A stretch of DNA of 64,000 nt from Plasmodiophora brassicae (Eukaryota), in NCBI GenBank assembly GCA_036867785.1, contig CP145423.1, forward strand, positions 62,001 through 126,000. Direction: 5' to 3'. A program made the translations under genes and the position numbers. Of the stretch, positions 43,603-57,294 are shown piece after piece; positions within the stretch are counted from its first letter, which is position 1; every line of letters starts with the position of its first letter. The notes under the pieces were generated by a model. That model was not told the DNA's origin. It saw only the letters and a program-made list of their open reading frames with translations, and ran no database searches.

Positions 43603-46600
43603 TGATCAGCTCCAAAATCACTGTGACACGTGCACGCCTCTCGAGCCCTCGACAGTCGAGCTTGGACTTCGTACTGATGCGACTGCGCTTCCTTTTAAGG
43701 GCCCTTTATGTTTGCTGGCAGACGGGGGAGGGGCTGCCCCAGTGGTCTACCTAGTCGGTCAGCGGGCAGCCCAAAGTGCCAGAGCAAAGCTTAAGCATTG
43801 TTGCCGCTCTTGTCATGACGCAACTCGACCTGCAGGTCGACCAAGCGTTCTGACGAGACTTACGTCAGTACAGCCACAGAATCGACTTCGATCCTGGGTC
43901 TCCTGTCACGTTCCACAGTTGATGCTGCGAATCCGTTGGCACGACAGCCACCGATCCGGCAAACTCGTCGTCGCTGACAGACGGTGGTGGTCAGCAGGCG
44001 AATCGAACAGATTGGCTAACCACGGGCGCGTACAGTTACGACGATGGCAGACAACACGAGACGCAACGGCAACGATGTCCCCTGCGACGCAGACGAGGGA
44101 GACACCGGCACAGGCGGGTTCGACGATGACGCTAGACGGAATCGGCAGTGTCGTCGACGACTCGCTTTGCGTGGTTTCCGACGACATGCTGCAGGTCTGC
44201 AGAGACACGTAGTGAGATCGGGCGCCGCAATAGAGTCAGCCTCGAGCGAACCGAGACGACTGTAGCGGACAGTTCGCCAGGCAGCGGCAGTGACGACAAC
44301 GTTGGCCAAGAAGACGCCGGCAGCACGATGGCGGCGATGCGGAGCACACGTGTCGTCGTCGTTGTCCTGATGGTCTCGACCCTAACGCGGTTCGGGCGGT
44401 TGTACCCGTCCCGTCTATCGCATCGGCGCTACCTGGCTACACGACAACGTAACATTGCAGATGATCTGCATGATGCCGATGTCGCATCCGTTATGGCTCG
44501 TAGTTGAAGCACTCGCCTGTGCAGGCTGTGGTTGGGCCGCGGAACCTGTATTAGTAGAACGCGGATCAAGGTGGCAATGTGTCGAGGAAGCTGAGCCGCT
44601 CAGCCATTTCCCGTTCGCCGCGGTACGAAGAGAGTCCACCAAGTTCGTCGTCGGCAGCGCCGACACCGACAAGGAGATCATGATCCTCTGCGGCTTCCCA
44701 CGCGGACAGGATGGCGTATCCCGACAAATACAGGCGAGCCTGCTCAATACTGCCCTACAGTTGTTACTGCTTTAGCCAGACACGCAAGTAGGATCGCATC
44801 ACGCATCAATATCACATACCGAGTGAATGATCAGCGAGTGCATGACAACCTCCGTCGGCTGGTGGAATTCTTCCACAAGGCGCATGACAACGGCTTCCAC
44901 TGACTCGGGAGATGGATAGCTCTTGCAACTTTGGCCAGGGTCAGCTGGCCTGCTTGTATAGAGGACGATGCACCCAGGTTCGCGATGGACAGCTGGGGGA
45001 TCATCGACGCCGGAAGGTACGACGTAGCGCACCCTGTGGTCGCAAGCGCGTCGATTTCGATCATCAGTCCTCTGTGCGCATACCGATCACCACACAATAC
45101 ACGAATGTCGCCAACAACACTGACCTTGCCGTTCATGTTACTCGGCGCCGTGACGGCCCTGCATTCTTCACAAACGATTCGAGGCGGTGAACCCGACACA
45201 GGTGTAGGACGCAGTCGCATCTGCGACAGCACTACTGAACTGCCCAGATCATTGACCTTCCTTGGGGATCGCTGCACCTGGCAATATCCTTGAGTATGAA
45301 TACTTACAGTAATAACGGTAACTAGACGACGACGAAACCAACAGGATGGCGGACTGGACCGGAACCGTATGGACGAGGCGGCTTTTGGTGAAGGGCTTCA
45401 TCGGCTGCATTTGACGTTGTTGCCGAACGTGACAAAGAAGGACGTCGCGACGGACGTGGACGCAGACGCTGCTCCCGGTTGCCATCTCCGTTTGATCCTA
45501 TCCCCACATCAATTACGGCAAGTGCGATCTGTATCATTATTATTTACGTACCTCGTCGTGACGCGGTCACATCGAACGCCTGTTGATTGGTTGCAGCATG
45601 CGACCCGGTCGCATTCGAGGCCTGTCACGAGGACGCCACAGCGTCAGGGAATGTGCTCCCTAACTAACCCGGTGCGTCGTGGACCTTCAACACCTGCTGT
45701 TGTACCTGTACCCGCGCCTCATGGCGAGCTGCCGCTTGCTGCTGGCGTCTCTTCAGTCGCCGCCGTTCCAGAATCGCCTCCCTATGCCTGTCGTAGTACC
45801 GCCTTGACTGTCTAGCGTCCCTGCTCTGACGGCCGATGCCAATGCGTCCCATATTCTCGCGAGGCGAACTGCGGCTTCTTTTTTGCTGAGACGTGCTCGA
45901 CGCACATCGGCCCCGCACCATGTCTGACCGGGTTCAATTTCTTCACGACCTTGAGCTCGCGGCAACCCGCGGCCAGCTGGAACACCATCTTTCCAGACGA
46001 TCCCGGTGTCTCCATCGAGATCTTCTGGCCGTGTCACAGTCAAATCAGCCCCATCGTCCACCATAAGCGTAAGTTCCTTGGGCGCGTCCAGATCAATGGA
46101 GTAATCACGACCTTGAGGTCGCGGTGGACGACAACTGATATGATTCAAACCTACCGCGATCACGTTCGTCAGCGATGGAACTGGATCCGGAGCCGGGCTC
46201 GGGAAATTTCAGGTACAAGCCTAAAACATTTCGAGACCTGCAGTCCTACCAACTCATGAGAGACGCATTCGAGCTGAGGTGGTACCGGTCGTTCCGGTTT
46301 CGGCCAGAGTACGCCGATCTGCGTCCTGATTCCAAAGTTGCTGTTCACAAATCGGGAATTGTACTTCCAGGGGCGAGCGTACGCGACGTAGAAACCGCGG
46401 AACGTGATCTTCCAGTTGAGTATTGTCACTTGTATTGGCGCCTGAAATACCGCATCATTGCATACGAACATGCAGCAGATCGAGTACGTTCTGGTACAGT
46501 ACTGGGATGCAATGTGGACCCGAGCCAGCACAGGTCCGATTCAGTATTTGGACATGATGTGGACAGATCTTAAAACGGTTGTTATAACTGCATTGGCCGA

Positions 46601-46691
46601 CGTGACGTTGGTACTCGTTGTGGACACAGCGGCCAATGAAAGGTACAAACAGGCGACCGGCACGCCGATGTCGACCCCGTCGAGGTCGCAC

Positions 46692-47325
46692 TAACGTACG
46701 GCGTCGTCTCGGCCAGACGACGACGTTCGACGGGCGCGATCCCGCGGTTCCCGCCCATGTAGCACCGCACTAGCACGCTCGAGAGGATCGGGAGGACACT
46801 TGCTCGGACGGTGTCGCGTAGGTCATCATCGACGCGGTCAATGTCCCCTTGCAGGTTGCGTAAACGCGAACGAAACCACATCGGAGCCACTCCCGTCGTT
46901 ACCACGGTCGGCAGCGGGCACACATCATCCGTCTTGCCTGTTTCCGACCTGCGTCGACGTGTTGGGAACGGTCGGCGAGCGTATTACGACACAGGGACGA
47001 CGAGGTCGGCATCGGCGACGACATCGGACCGGACGCCTTGCTGGCCCTGCATTCGCCGCGCCTGGCGTCGCATGCCATCTTTTCACGTCGACGCCCCATA
47101 CTTGCATGCGGCCGTGCCCGACTTCTCCGATTTCGGGTTCGTGTTCGAATACATCTGCGGGAAGAGATTCTTCATGCATGCCAACGTGTACCCGAACATC
47201 GCCCCTCCGCTCGCGTTCCAGGGCGTTGTGGAGAGCCCGCTCGACCCACTGCCCGACGACTCGTTCGAGCGAATAGTTCAGGTCACCTCTACGTCAACGG
47301 CATCACGCGTCGCAGACGACGCACC
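46692..47325. pseudogene. Rearranged pseudogenic copy of the 41443-43602 gene
   Basis: Minus 46692-46870 'DIDRVDDDLRDT...ERRRLAETTP' and plus 47015-47262 'LLALHSPRLASHAIF/HVDAPYLHAAVPDFSDFGFVFEYICGKRFFMHANVYPNI' match consecutive parts of that gene. Frameshifted. Confidence 0.85.
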
Positions 47326-48454
47326 ACGTTGACCTGCCCAGACGGACGCGTCGGCGACAGCACGGGTCGACGTCTAGGTACGAAGCCACACCAAAGCTCG
47401 TATCGTGCAGGCAATTTACTGAGCTGGTTTCTCCTGGGTCGCAGGTTGTGCCGGATCCGGGTTCGCCGCAGGCGCTACAGCAGCGCCGCCTGCCGCCAGG
47501 TCGTCCAGCGCGGAAGTCGCCTGCTGCATGTCGGCCTCCTGATGCGCCGCACGTCGCAGGATTAACGCGTCATGCAGCAGGCCGAGGACCTCGTCCAGCG
47601 CCGACACGTCGCCCGGTCCCGCCTGGCGCGCCACCACCCTCGCTCGAACCTGCTGCAGGAGCGCCTCTGCGCGACTGACATCGCTGATGTCCATCGTTGC
47701 GTTGGTCAGCGAACCACCAAGCAGCTGGGCTGTCACAGGGCGAACCCATCGCTCGGCGGGCAAGATACTACGACCCTTGCGACCGATACACATTGACGAT
47801 GTAAGTCACGGAGGTTCACCAGCCTCCGAACACGCCGAACACACATGGTTGACCAGAGCAGGACGTTCGGGACATGCACTCTTCGGTTCCAACAAACACA
47901 TTGCTATCGCCACATGACCACGGCGCCTGCAGCGACCACTACGATCCGTCCAGCACACAATTCGGCACCCTGCATCCCAGGATCGCTCCAGCTAGGTAGC
48001 CAGTTGAAAACATCGACCGCGTGCACGAAGTCATTCGAGGTGAACCCGATCTGGTCGACGGTGCGCCCCACAGCGCCGATCAGCGCCATCGATTCCAGTT
48101 ATTCAATACGATCCAGCAGCTGTGCTCGACACGGCTAGACAGAAGGTCTGTTTGGAGTTCTTGCTGGTCGCAATGCAATCGCAGCTGGAAGAAGTTCGAA
48201 GCTTCGCAGGAGAGAGCACACTAGCAGCGATCATTGCCAAATCGGTACAAACGTGTCCTGAAAAAGGCAGTCTCAGCAGCATCTACCCCCGGTTACATAT
48301 TAGTTTATCATGGCTTCTCAAATTGACGCTCTGAACGCATGCATGATCAGCAAACTCCAACAACAACAAACTGAACCAGGCGAATCGTACATCTTGAAGC
48401 AGAATGGCCTCCTACGAACGGTAGCGATCGTGAATCTCGGAGAGCTTCGCCCAG

Positions 48455-48820
48455 CGATTCCAGGACCATCGAGGACGTCGCGGGCCACTACTGCAAGCAG
48501 TTCCGCATCGAATTCCGGCTCACTCAGATACCGCCACGAAGAACGGAACGCGAAGATGGCACAACGATTCGCAGCGCAACGAGCCCAGCAGAACGCCACG
48601 GGACTCGTCACCGAGAAGCAATTGCAAGCTTCGGTCGCCAAATACATGGCCAACGGTTTGCAAGTTGCTTCTCGGTGACGAGTCCCGGGGCGCTCTGCTG
48701 GGCTCATTGCGCTGCGAATTGTTGTGCCTTCTTCTTCGTGGCGCATCTGCGCTGGGCGGAATTCGAGGCGGAACTGCTGGCAGTTTGGGCTCCACGACGT
48801 CTTCGATGATCGGATTCGGG
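48455..48820. repeat. Long imperfect inverted repeat (arms ~170 bp, loop ~25 bp)
   Basis: For example 'gcagcgcaacgagcccagcagaacgccacgggactcgtcaccgagaagcaa' pairs with 'ttgcttctcggtgacgagtcccggggcgctctgctgggctcattgcgctgc'. Confidence 0.9.
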
Positions 48821-48891
48821 ATTCTGGACCGGAAAAACACCACTTGCGCGTCGGCGAGCAGGTGGCGTGAGACGCGCCGTCCTTTACCCAC

Positions 48892-49509
48892 ATGCCCACA
48901 ACGTTTCGGTCCGCGTGTATCCTGCTGTCTTTCGTCATCGGACTTCGTCTACTGGAATGGCCATCCGCGACGTCTGTCAAGGTCGACGGCGATCGTTTGC
49001 GCCGGTACGCCATGGCGAACGCATTCGCCAAACGTTTGGGCAACGGCCCCGCGCATGGCCGCGATAACAGATTAAGCCTGGTGCGTTTCACGGAACGCGA
49101 CCGTTTGACGAACCAGACGATTGCGATGGTTCGGGAACAGGTCGCCCTGCTTCGTGCCATTCGCGTCGCGGTCGTCGCCGGCCACGACTCCAACCACAAC
49201 GTCACAGCGTACCGAGACCGGGTCGTTCAGCACGACCAACGATGGCAGGCACTTCGGCAACGGCTAGAGGATATCGCGTCCATCGAGATCATGCCAGACC
49301 CGCTCCAGCAGTATGTCCTGTCGATGCCGCTGATCCAGCGGGCCCGGCACGTTCTGGCACCACGCGCCCGTGGCCCTGCCTTGGCTGGCAACCTGCAAGG
49401 CCTCATTGACGCGTTAGTGTCGAGATCGCAAGAACTCGTTGAGCACGATGCGCTCATGCTGGTGGCCCTAATCCGGCGACTGATCACACGAGGGACTGCG
49501 AGCACGTGA
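48892..49509 (+). CDS. Hypothetical small secreted helical protein (candidate effector)
   Basis: 205-aa ORF with hydrophobic N-terminus (MPTTFRSACILLSFVIGLRLL); Arg/Leu/Ala-rich. Confidence 0.5.
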   Translation: MPTTFRSACILLSFVIGLRLLEWPSATSVKVDGDRLRRYAMANAFAKRLGNGPAHGRDNRLSLVRFTERDRLTNQTIAMVREQVALLRAIRVAVVAGHDSNHNVTAYRDRVVQHDQRWQALRQRLEDIASIEIMPDPLQQYVLSMPLIQRARHVLAPRARGPALAGNLQGLIDALVSRSQELVEHDALMLVALIRRLITRGTAST

Positions 49510-49721
49510 ACGACGAGGAGCGCCATCGATGTAACCGACCAGTGTCGAAGCCGTGAAACGGCGGGCCCCCCTATTGCTAATGTAGGAGGGCGAGTCTCTC
49601 TGCCGTTCACGATATCTTCGCGTCGTTCACAGAGCGTACCTGATCGGGGTACTGCCATCGTGATCCTCCGCATATCTCTCCAGCGTGCGGCGCCACCTCC
49701 GTCTACGGTGGCGGGCGCGTC

Positions 49722-52700
49722 ATGGGGAACGACCTCAGCGTCGAGGCCAAGACGGTCATTAAGAAGGTCCTCGACCTGCGCAAGGACGACTCCAACTGGA
49801 GGCCGTACGTTTGTCGCTTGAGCGGGCGATCCCGCGCGGGCCCTGGTCTGACCCCGGTTCCGTTCGGCAGGGTGATCGAGGAGTTCAACCGGGTCGTGCC
49901 GCCCGACTTCTCGACGAAGAAGTTCGACGATAGGCGGATCGTCGACCTGGTCCTGACGCTGCTGCAGACGCAGCTGAAGGACGCGCATGGCGACGCACGC
50001 GGCATTACGAACCTGCTGGAGGCGTCCCGTCGCCTGCTGAAATTCAAGGGGCTGTACAAGACCATCCCGGTCGGCGGCAAGACCAGCATCCTGCCATGGA
50101 TACAGTGCCTGCAGCACGAAGCACCCGAGGTACGCGTTCTGCATCGTCGTCCCCCACCCACCGTGTAACGTCGACCGCCCGGCTGTGCAGATCGTGGAAG
50201 CATCGTTGAACGTGATGCGGAACTTTGTCGAGTACACGGGCCTGGAGACGAAGGACGACGTCAAGGTGGCGATCGAGTCGCAGGCGCGCGATCTGCTGTT
50301 CCAGTCCAAAGGGTACCAGGTCCTGGTCGACGTCCTGCAGCGGTTCGCGGCGACCCAGCACTGGGTCATCGTCGCCGGCACGTTGCGCATCTTGACGATC
50401 ACGCTGCTGAACGGGGCCCGGTCCACGCCCGCGGACGTGGTCGCCCCGATCGTCGCCTCGCTGCAGAAGATCGTCGGCCCGCTGCTCGACCTGTCGTACG
50501 ACCCGAACCCCGACATCTGCTACTTTGGCATCCTGACCGTAAGTAGCGCCCGACACAACCCTTCTTATCGTTGGCGCCGCTGATCGCGCGCGCCGCGCTC
50601 CTGTGCCCTAGGTGCAAGCGGTCATGATGCACAGCGACCCGAAGGCGACCAGGTCGATCCAGAACCAGGCGCTGTCGAGCGGGTGCCTGCTGAGACACTT
50701 CCACCTGTCGGTCAGCGGCGAACGGGCGCTGCAGGAGCAGAGGCAGATCGGGCCGAACGCCAAGGCGATCGTGCTGGAGAGCCGCAACCTGATCGGGTTG
50801 CTCAGCGACGGCCACACGAAGGCGACGGAAACGCTGCAGCGTTGCCTGCCGAACCACCTGCTGAAGCACCTGTGCGAGAACCACCCGTACCCGAAGGTGT
50901 TCAACTTCGTCAAGGTGCGGTCGGGGCTGACGACGACGGACGCGACCTGGCAGCGATACCAGAAAGGGACGCACCGGGCGAACTGGATCGCCGTCTTCGC
51001 CGAGCTGGACAAGGAGCACAGCCTGCCGCACCTGATCTGGAACGACACGACCCGGAAGGAGCTGCTGGAGACGCTGCACCTGGAGATCGTCGAGCTGGAG
51101 CACCAGAAGAAGCGGAACCCGGCCGCCGAATGGGACTACGAGGGGTTCGAGCCCCGCTACGCCAGCGTCGAGGCCGAGCTCCAGGTCCACGGGTACTACC
51201 TGCGCATGCTGATCGCCACGCTCAACGACCCGAAGTCGACGTACGAGATCAACCAGAAGGACCTGGTCGTCCTGATCAACCACCTGTACAACCACGCCGT
51301 CATCGAGGACAAACCCGCCTGGAAGCTCGCCTGCCTGCGCTGCATGTCGGCCCTGTACAAACGGTACTCACAGGTCAGTGTACTGCTGCTGCTGCTGCTG
51401 TTGTTGTTCGGTGCCGTGTCTCACCGGGCACACCCAGGTCCTGCTTGACTTTGAGCCGCTGGCCTACCTGGTCTGGCTGATGACGCCGAAGCACACCCGA
51501 CCGCTCTGGTACGAGGAGCGCTAGCCGCGTCGACGGCAGCACCCTAACGGCTGCTGGCTGCGCGTTGACAGGCGGGACCATATCCTGGACTTCTTCCGGG
51601 ACCTGCTGCACCATCAGCCGAACGCGCGACGGTTCATGCAGGCGGACGGGTGCCGGCACATTGTCACGTACATGTGCCAGGTGCACAGCGGCCCGGCCAA
51701 GTACCTGCACGTACGGCCGGGGGGTGCCGCGTCGCCGACGATCGCGATCTGACCCGATGCCCAGGGCCGTCACATGACGCTGGAGCCGCTGTACGCCGTG
51801 CCGATCAAGGCGACCTCGTCCGGGCACCTGGAGCCGGCGGGCGGCGGCGGCGACGACGACGCCGGCGGCGTCGGCGACCCGAACGAATTCGGCCCGCTGC
51901 CCGAGCCGCTGAGCAACGGCGCCCTGGCCGACATCTGCATCGACCTGCTGAAGCTGCTGCTGAGCCGCGTGCCGCGCCTCTGCAAGTCGATCACGAAGAC
52001 GACCGAGTTCCAGTACATCCTCCAGTTCCTGCTGTCGCCCGACACGGCCCAGGCCGTGCGCATCATGCCCGTCATCACACAGGTACGACGCCGCCGCCGG
52101 CCGCAGACGTGTGTGGGAGGACGTACGCGCGCGCTGACCACCTGTGCCCCGTTGTCGCAGCTGTCGTCGGGGTCGGTGAGCGCCCAGTCGACGCTGTCGC
52201 AGCGAGGCGCCGTTCTGTTCGCGCTGTGCGCCATCGGCGACCGGACCGACCTGTCCATCATCCAGTTCCTGCAGACGTTCCACGCGAAGCAGGCGGACGA
52301 CACGATCGAGTACGGCGTCAGCGCGCTGACCCCGTTCCTGCCGTTCCCCATGGTGCGCTACTTGCAACTTCAGACGTAGGCGCCCCTCGTCGTCGTCGTC
52401 GTCGTCAGCGGTTGCTGAGCGCAGTGGCGCAGGGCGGAACGCTTCCTGGAGGTGTTCGACGGCCAGGCCGACCAGGCGGACCTGATCTGGTCGCCGGCGC
52501 TGCGAGCGCGCCTGCTGGACTCGGTGCGCAGCGACGTGCGCCCGTTCTGCGACCAGCTGCGCGAGCGCCCGATGGCCCTGTACACGTACGCGAGGCCGAC
52601 GACCGTGGTGTACCCGGAGCTGGCCGACGAGGTGTGCTGCGGCGGCATCTACCTGCGCAACCTGGTCATCGACCCGACGTTCGCCGTCGCCGACCCCGTC

Positions 52701-55700
52701 TTCATGGTGAACGGGTTCGTCGGCGCCATGAAGGCAGGCCTGAAGGACGCCGACCTGGACCTGCTGCTGCAGTCGCAGATCATCGCCGTCGAGCGCTTCC
52801 CCGACCTGTCCGACTGCAGGACGTACCCGGCGTTCGTCGAGCTGCTGCGCGTGCTGACCCGCGAGATCCGACAGGTGCGTATTCGTAGTGCCGGATTGGC
52901 TTCATGAGGCGGGCTGACGCTCCGCGCGCGCGCAGGACATCGACCTGCGCCTGGTGGAGAAGGCCGCCGACCTGATGCACCGCCTGCTGACGCTGCCGAA
53001 CAGCCTGAACCTGGCGTCCTGCCTGCAGCACGACGCGTTCGTCGGCACGTCGCAGAGCCTGCTGAACACGGTGCAACTCGAGTCGGCCGACGGCAAGACG
53101 GACGGGCTCCTGCAGAAGCTGCTGCGCATCATGCACATCCTGGCGTTCGCCAACGACGAAGTAGGGCGGCGTGTGTGTGTGTGTGTCGGTGCGCATCGTG
53201 ACGCTGAACGATGTCGGCCAGGCGTTCCTGACGGTGCACGAGAACCCGCAGGTCATCGTGGAACTCGTCGCGCTGATCGCGGGCCCCTACGCCCAGGACC
53301 ATGCCGACATCGCTGTCGAGGCCGTCCGCCTGTTCAAGCTCCTCGCCGAGGCGTCGGTGACCTGTCGCGACCTGCTGACGAGGTTGGCGCGCGCTCTCCG
53401 GCGCCGATGCGGGTTGCTGACCGCTGTGCCCACCCCCACCACCCAGCGGCGCGATCGTCAACCTGCTCAACCTTGCCGTGTTCTTCGACGAGCACGGCGA
53501 CCTGGCCAAGGAGGCCACCGGCGCGCTCGTGTCCCTGTCGGGGGTGCAGAACCCGCCCGATCTAGTCGACCAGGACATTCGGTCTGCCGTGCTCGCGTGT
53601 GTCACCAGCCTGCGCCCTGCTGACGCGTCGTCCGCCGTCGCAGGCGCGTTCTACGCGGGTTGCTGACGTCTGGCCTGCACGTGCGCCTGGGCAAACCGGA
53701 CAAGTTCGCCCACGATTGCCGGGCGGCCTTCTACCAGCCGTGCCTGATCTGGGGCAACCAGCAGAGGAAGGAGCTGCAGGACTACCTGAAGAAGCAGTCG
53801 GAGCTGATCGGCAAGGCGCACACGTGGGAGTGCTACGCGCCCGACAAGTTCAAGTTCGAGTTCACCGGGCTGAACACCGAGATCCAGGTCGGCGACGTCT
53901 ACCTGAAACTGTACAACCTGCAGGAGGTCGGCTACCCCTCGATGTGTGTGTGTGTGTGTGCCGGTGCCCGCGTTCTGAACGACGACGTCCAGGATTTCGT
54001 GATCCCCAACGAGCCGGCCGTCTTCCTCGTCGAGCTCGTCGAGTACCTGAAGGCCCGCGCCATGAGCCTGGTCACAGACGGGCAATCGGCGATGGCGCTG
54101 GTCTGCGAGCAGGTCTCCACAACCGCCGCGTCCATCAAGCGCCTGCTGAAAGACTCGCCGGCGCTGATGAACTCGGAGCCGAAAGACAGGCTGGTACCGC
54201 GGCCGCGCCGACGTCGTTCCCCGCGACAACGTCGATGCTGAGCGATCGCTGACGCAGGTGGCCGTCGTCAACGGTCTGTTCGACTCGTTGAACCCGATGG
54301 TGATGCATACGGCGCTGCTGGTGATCGACGCGCTGGCGCAGAGCCCGGCGAGCTTCTCGCTGACGACGCAGTACGCGTTCGTCCTGCACCGCGTCGTCAA
54401 CTTCAGGCGCAAGGCGATCGGCGAGTACCCCAGCCTCGAGTTCACGCTGCGCATCCTGCACAACCTGTGCACGAAGGATTCCGAGGTCGTCGACGCCTTC
54501 TTCGACGACGGCTTCCTGATCTCGATCATGTACGTAGCTGTCGTGCGGCGACCCACCCGCTTGCAGGTTGCCGCCCTGACGATGAACGTTCGCCCAGGTA
54601 CATTTTCGCGGAGAGTGGCAAGGAGATCCCCCAGACGCGTCGGCAGTGCACGGCGATCTTCGGGACGCTGGTCAACGACCCGCGTAAGGGCGAGGCCTAC
54701 ATGGAAATGCTGACGCACCTGCTGGCGCCGACCTTCAGGGAGCACCTGCTGAAGGGCAGCGAGAACCCGAACGCCCTACTGGAATTCTACGACGACGTCA
54801 GTCACGATCGCGTGTCTCGGGTTGCCTAGCGTGTCGGGTCTACAGCAGCGGCTCGCATAGGACCACGATACGCCCGTCGTGTTCTGGACCGAAGGGTGCC
54901 GTCAGGATCTGGCCTGTTTCCTGAAACAGGAGCTCGAGAGCATCCTGGAACACCAACGCGTAATGACCTGTCGCTGCGCCTGGTAGTACGCCATGTCGTA
55001 CGTCTGACGCGCCGTCCGTCGTGCAGGAGGCGTTGAAGGCGGGCGTGAACTCCCCGCCCTACCAATGGAACTGGGCCTCCATCCCGGAACGATTCAGCCA
55101 GAAGACGCTGGGCGCCCAGCTCTACATCGACGGCATCTACATCAACGCGTTCAACGCCAACCCGTACTTCCAGGTCAAGCCGGACAGGTACGGCCAGACG
55201 CCCCCGCCCCCCGTCCTGTCGTCGTTACTGATGGGCCGTGTCCCCAGGTTCTTCGTCAAACTCGTCGAGGCGCTGTACGGCGTCTTCTCCGAGTACGAAT
55301 CGTTCCGCGACGACAAGCAGACCGAATGGGTCAACCGCTCCGTCGCGAACCTACTGGTGACGACCGAGTGGAACGTGGCACCCCGTTCGTCGGCGTTGCT
55401 GATGCCGCGTGCAGGCGCTCTGGGAGGCGGTGCTGAACCTGCTGACGAACCTGCCCCACCTGCAGGACCGCTGCGTCGACTACCTCGACTACGTGTTCGG
55501 GTACTTCCACCCGTCGGTCGACGTCGAGCTCCAGCTCGTCGCCCTGCGCGTCACCTGCATCCTGGCGACCAACGCGCTCTGTGCCGAGAACATTGCCAAG
55601 TTCCGTCTGGTCAAGAACCTCCTCCCGCTGCTGGGCACCCTGCGCGATCGAGGTTCCATTCCTCAGGTACAGGACACGGGGCCCGCCTCTGTCGACGTTC

Positions 55701-56319
55701 GTGAGCGTTCGGCTGACAACGCACGCGGCAGATCCTGTCCTTCCTGCTGGACGTCATCCGTCGATCGTCGCCGGTGGTGGCCCAGATCCGGTCGACGGGC
55801 GGCATCATCATGCTGCTGAACGTGATCCTGGACAAGACGCAGCGGCGGGAGGACCGCGAGAACGCCGCCATGATCGTGTCGGCCATGGTCCAGGACAACG
55901 TGTACGGGATCAGCATCGCCGACTACGTCGCCTTCATCCTGACCGACAAGTTCCGCACCATCTTCCAGTCGCGCCCGTCCAAGTTCATCGACTTTGTCGA
56001 CGCCGACCACACGAGCAGCGTCGACTCCCGCATCTGGAACGGCAAGACGCGCCAGGCCATCACGACGCTGCTCAAGTCGCAGACGGATGAGCTGTCGACC
56101 GCCATGTGGTTCTGGGACGGCGTCTCCGACGTCTGGGACGTGAACCTGCTGGCCTCCGTCTGGGACGACGTCATCGTCAAGCCCAAATCGGTGCCCGTCT
56201 CGATGGCCACCGGCGGCGACCTGCTGCCGCCAAAGGTCGACGACCAGCCGCTGGACGCGTCCAAGGTGCCCAGCACCGCCATGCCGTTGCCGGCGTCCAC
56301 CAAACCGGAAGGACAATGA
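49722..56319 (+). CDS. RME-8/DNAJC13-like ARM-repeat protein (IWN repeats, no visible J-domain; many introns)
   Basis: 'WIAVFAELDKEHSLPHLIWNDTTRKEL', 'WDYEGFEPRYASVEAELQVHGYYLRML', 'LIWSPALRARL', 'YPELADEVCCGGIYLRNL', 'LIWGNQQRKEL', 'RIWNGKTRQAI'. Confidence 0.85.
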
Positions 56320-56424
56320 ACGAACTTAACTAAACAGGCAAGCGCGCAATCAGAGTACCCGTCCGCCCCCTGAACCACACAACGATGGATGATAAACGCA
56401 GCCTGGCCCGTCTTCATTGCACAA

Positions 56425-57294
56425 TCAGCTGGTCGGCTCCTCGACCTTCCTCGTCTTGTCCTCGCTCATATTTACCTTCACTAACCGGACGGCGCCGAGC
56501 GTGCGCTCTACATCGGGACGTTTACCGAGCGGCAGCGCCCCACATGGAAGGCGGACGCGGTCATACCTGGGAGCTCCTCGGGCGTCAGCCCCTCCAGCGT
56601 GAAGCCGAGGTCGATGATGAGCTTGGCGGCGGCGCCCTCGACGTAGCCGTAGATGAACTTTGCGACGCGACTGGAAAACACATTGATGTCGACCTCGACC
56701 TGCACGTCAGGACGCGGTCAGCACGTCGTCGCGCAGCGTCCATCGGGACCCAACCAGGTTGTCGCTGCGGAAGAACTGGCAGGACAGCTTGTTGGCGATG
56801 ATGGTCGGGCGGTTCAGGTTGACGCCGGGCACGCTGAAGTTCTCGATGCGCGGTATGAGCTTCAGGCGGTGGCCACGATCGTCGTCGCTCCATTCGGTGC
56901 CGAAGAACCGGTCGAGCAGCTTGCCGGCCTCGATGCGTTCGTTGGCCGGGCGGTCCGTCTCGACGTACGTCAGGACCAGGTACCGCGGGTGCACCTGGAA
57001 GACGACGACGAGCATCCGGCGCTGATCCTTGCAGACCTCCCGCAGGTAGTACGCGTACGAGTCCGGGCGCTTCGAGAAGTGATCGATCTTCAGCGAGTTC
57101 TTGCTGCCGGTGACCAGGACGATATCGGCGTCGACCAGCGTCATGAGCGACGCGTCCGAGTCCACCTTGACCTTATCGGTGACGTACGTCTTGGAGCGGA
57201 CCTCGAACGGGACGGCGGGCTCCGACCAGGAATGATCGCCGGTGCCCTTGACGAAGACGCGGGGCGGGGCGTCGCTGGCGAACGACACCGCCAT
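56425..57294 (-). CDS. DUF1336 (EDR2 C-terminal-like) protein, 3 exons
   Basis: 'WSEP...FEVRSKTYVTDKVK', 'RLKLIPRI', 'VEVDINVFSS', 'LIIDLGFTLEG..PEELP|ERTLGAVRL'. Confidence 0.85.

Noticed and set aside
43700-46650. Several short ORFs (e.g. 44455-44775, 44831-45277, 45753-46163, 46175-46573)
   Set aside because: No recognisable domains or consistent splice structure. Probably decayed accessory sequence, so I could not support gene calls.
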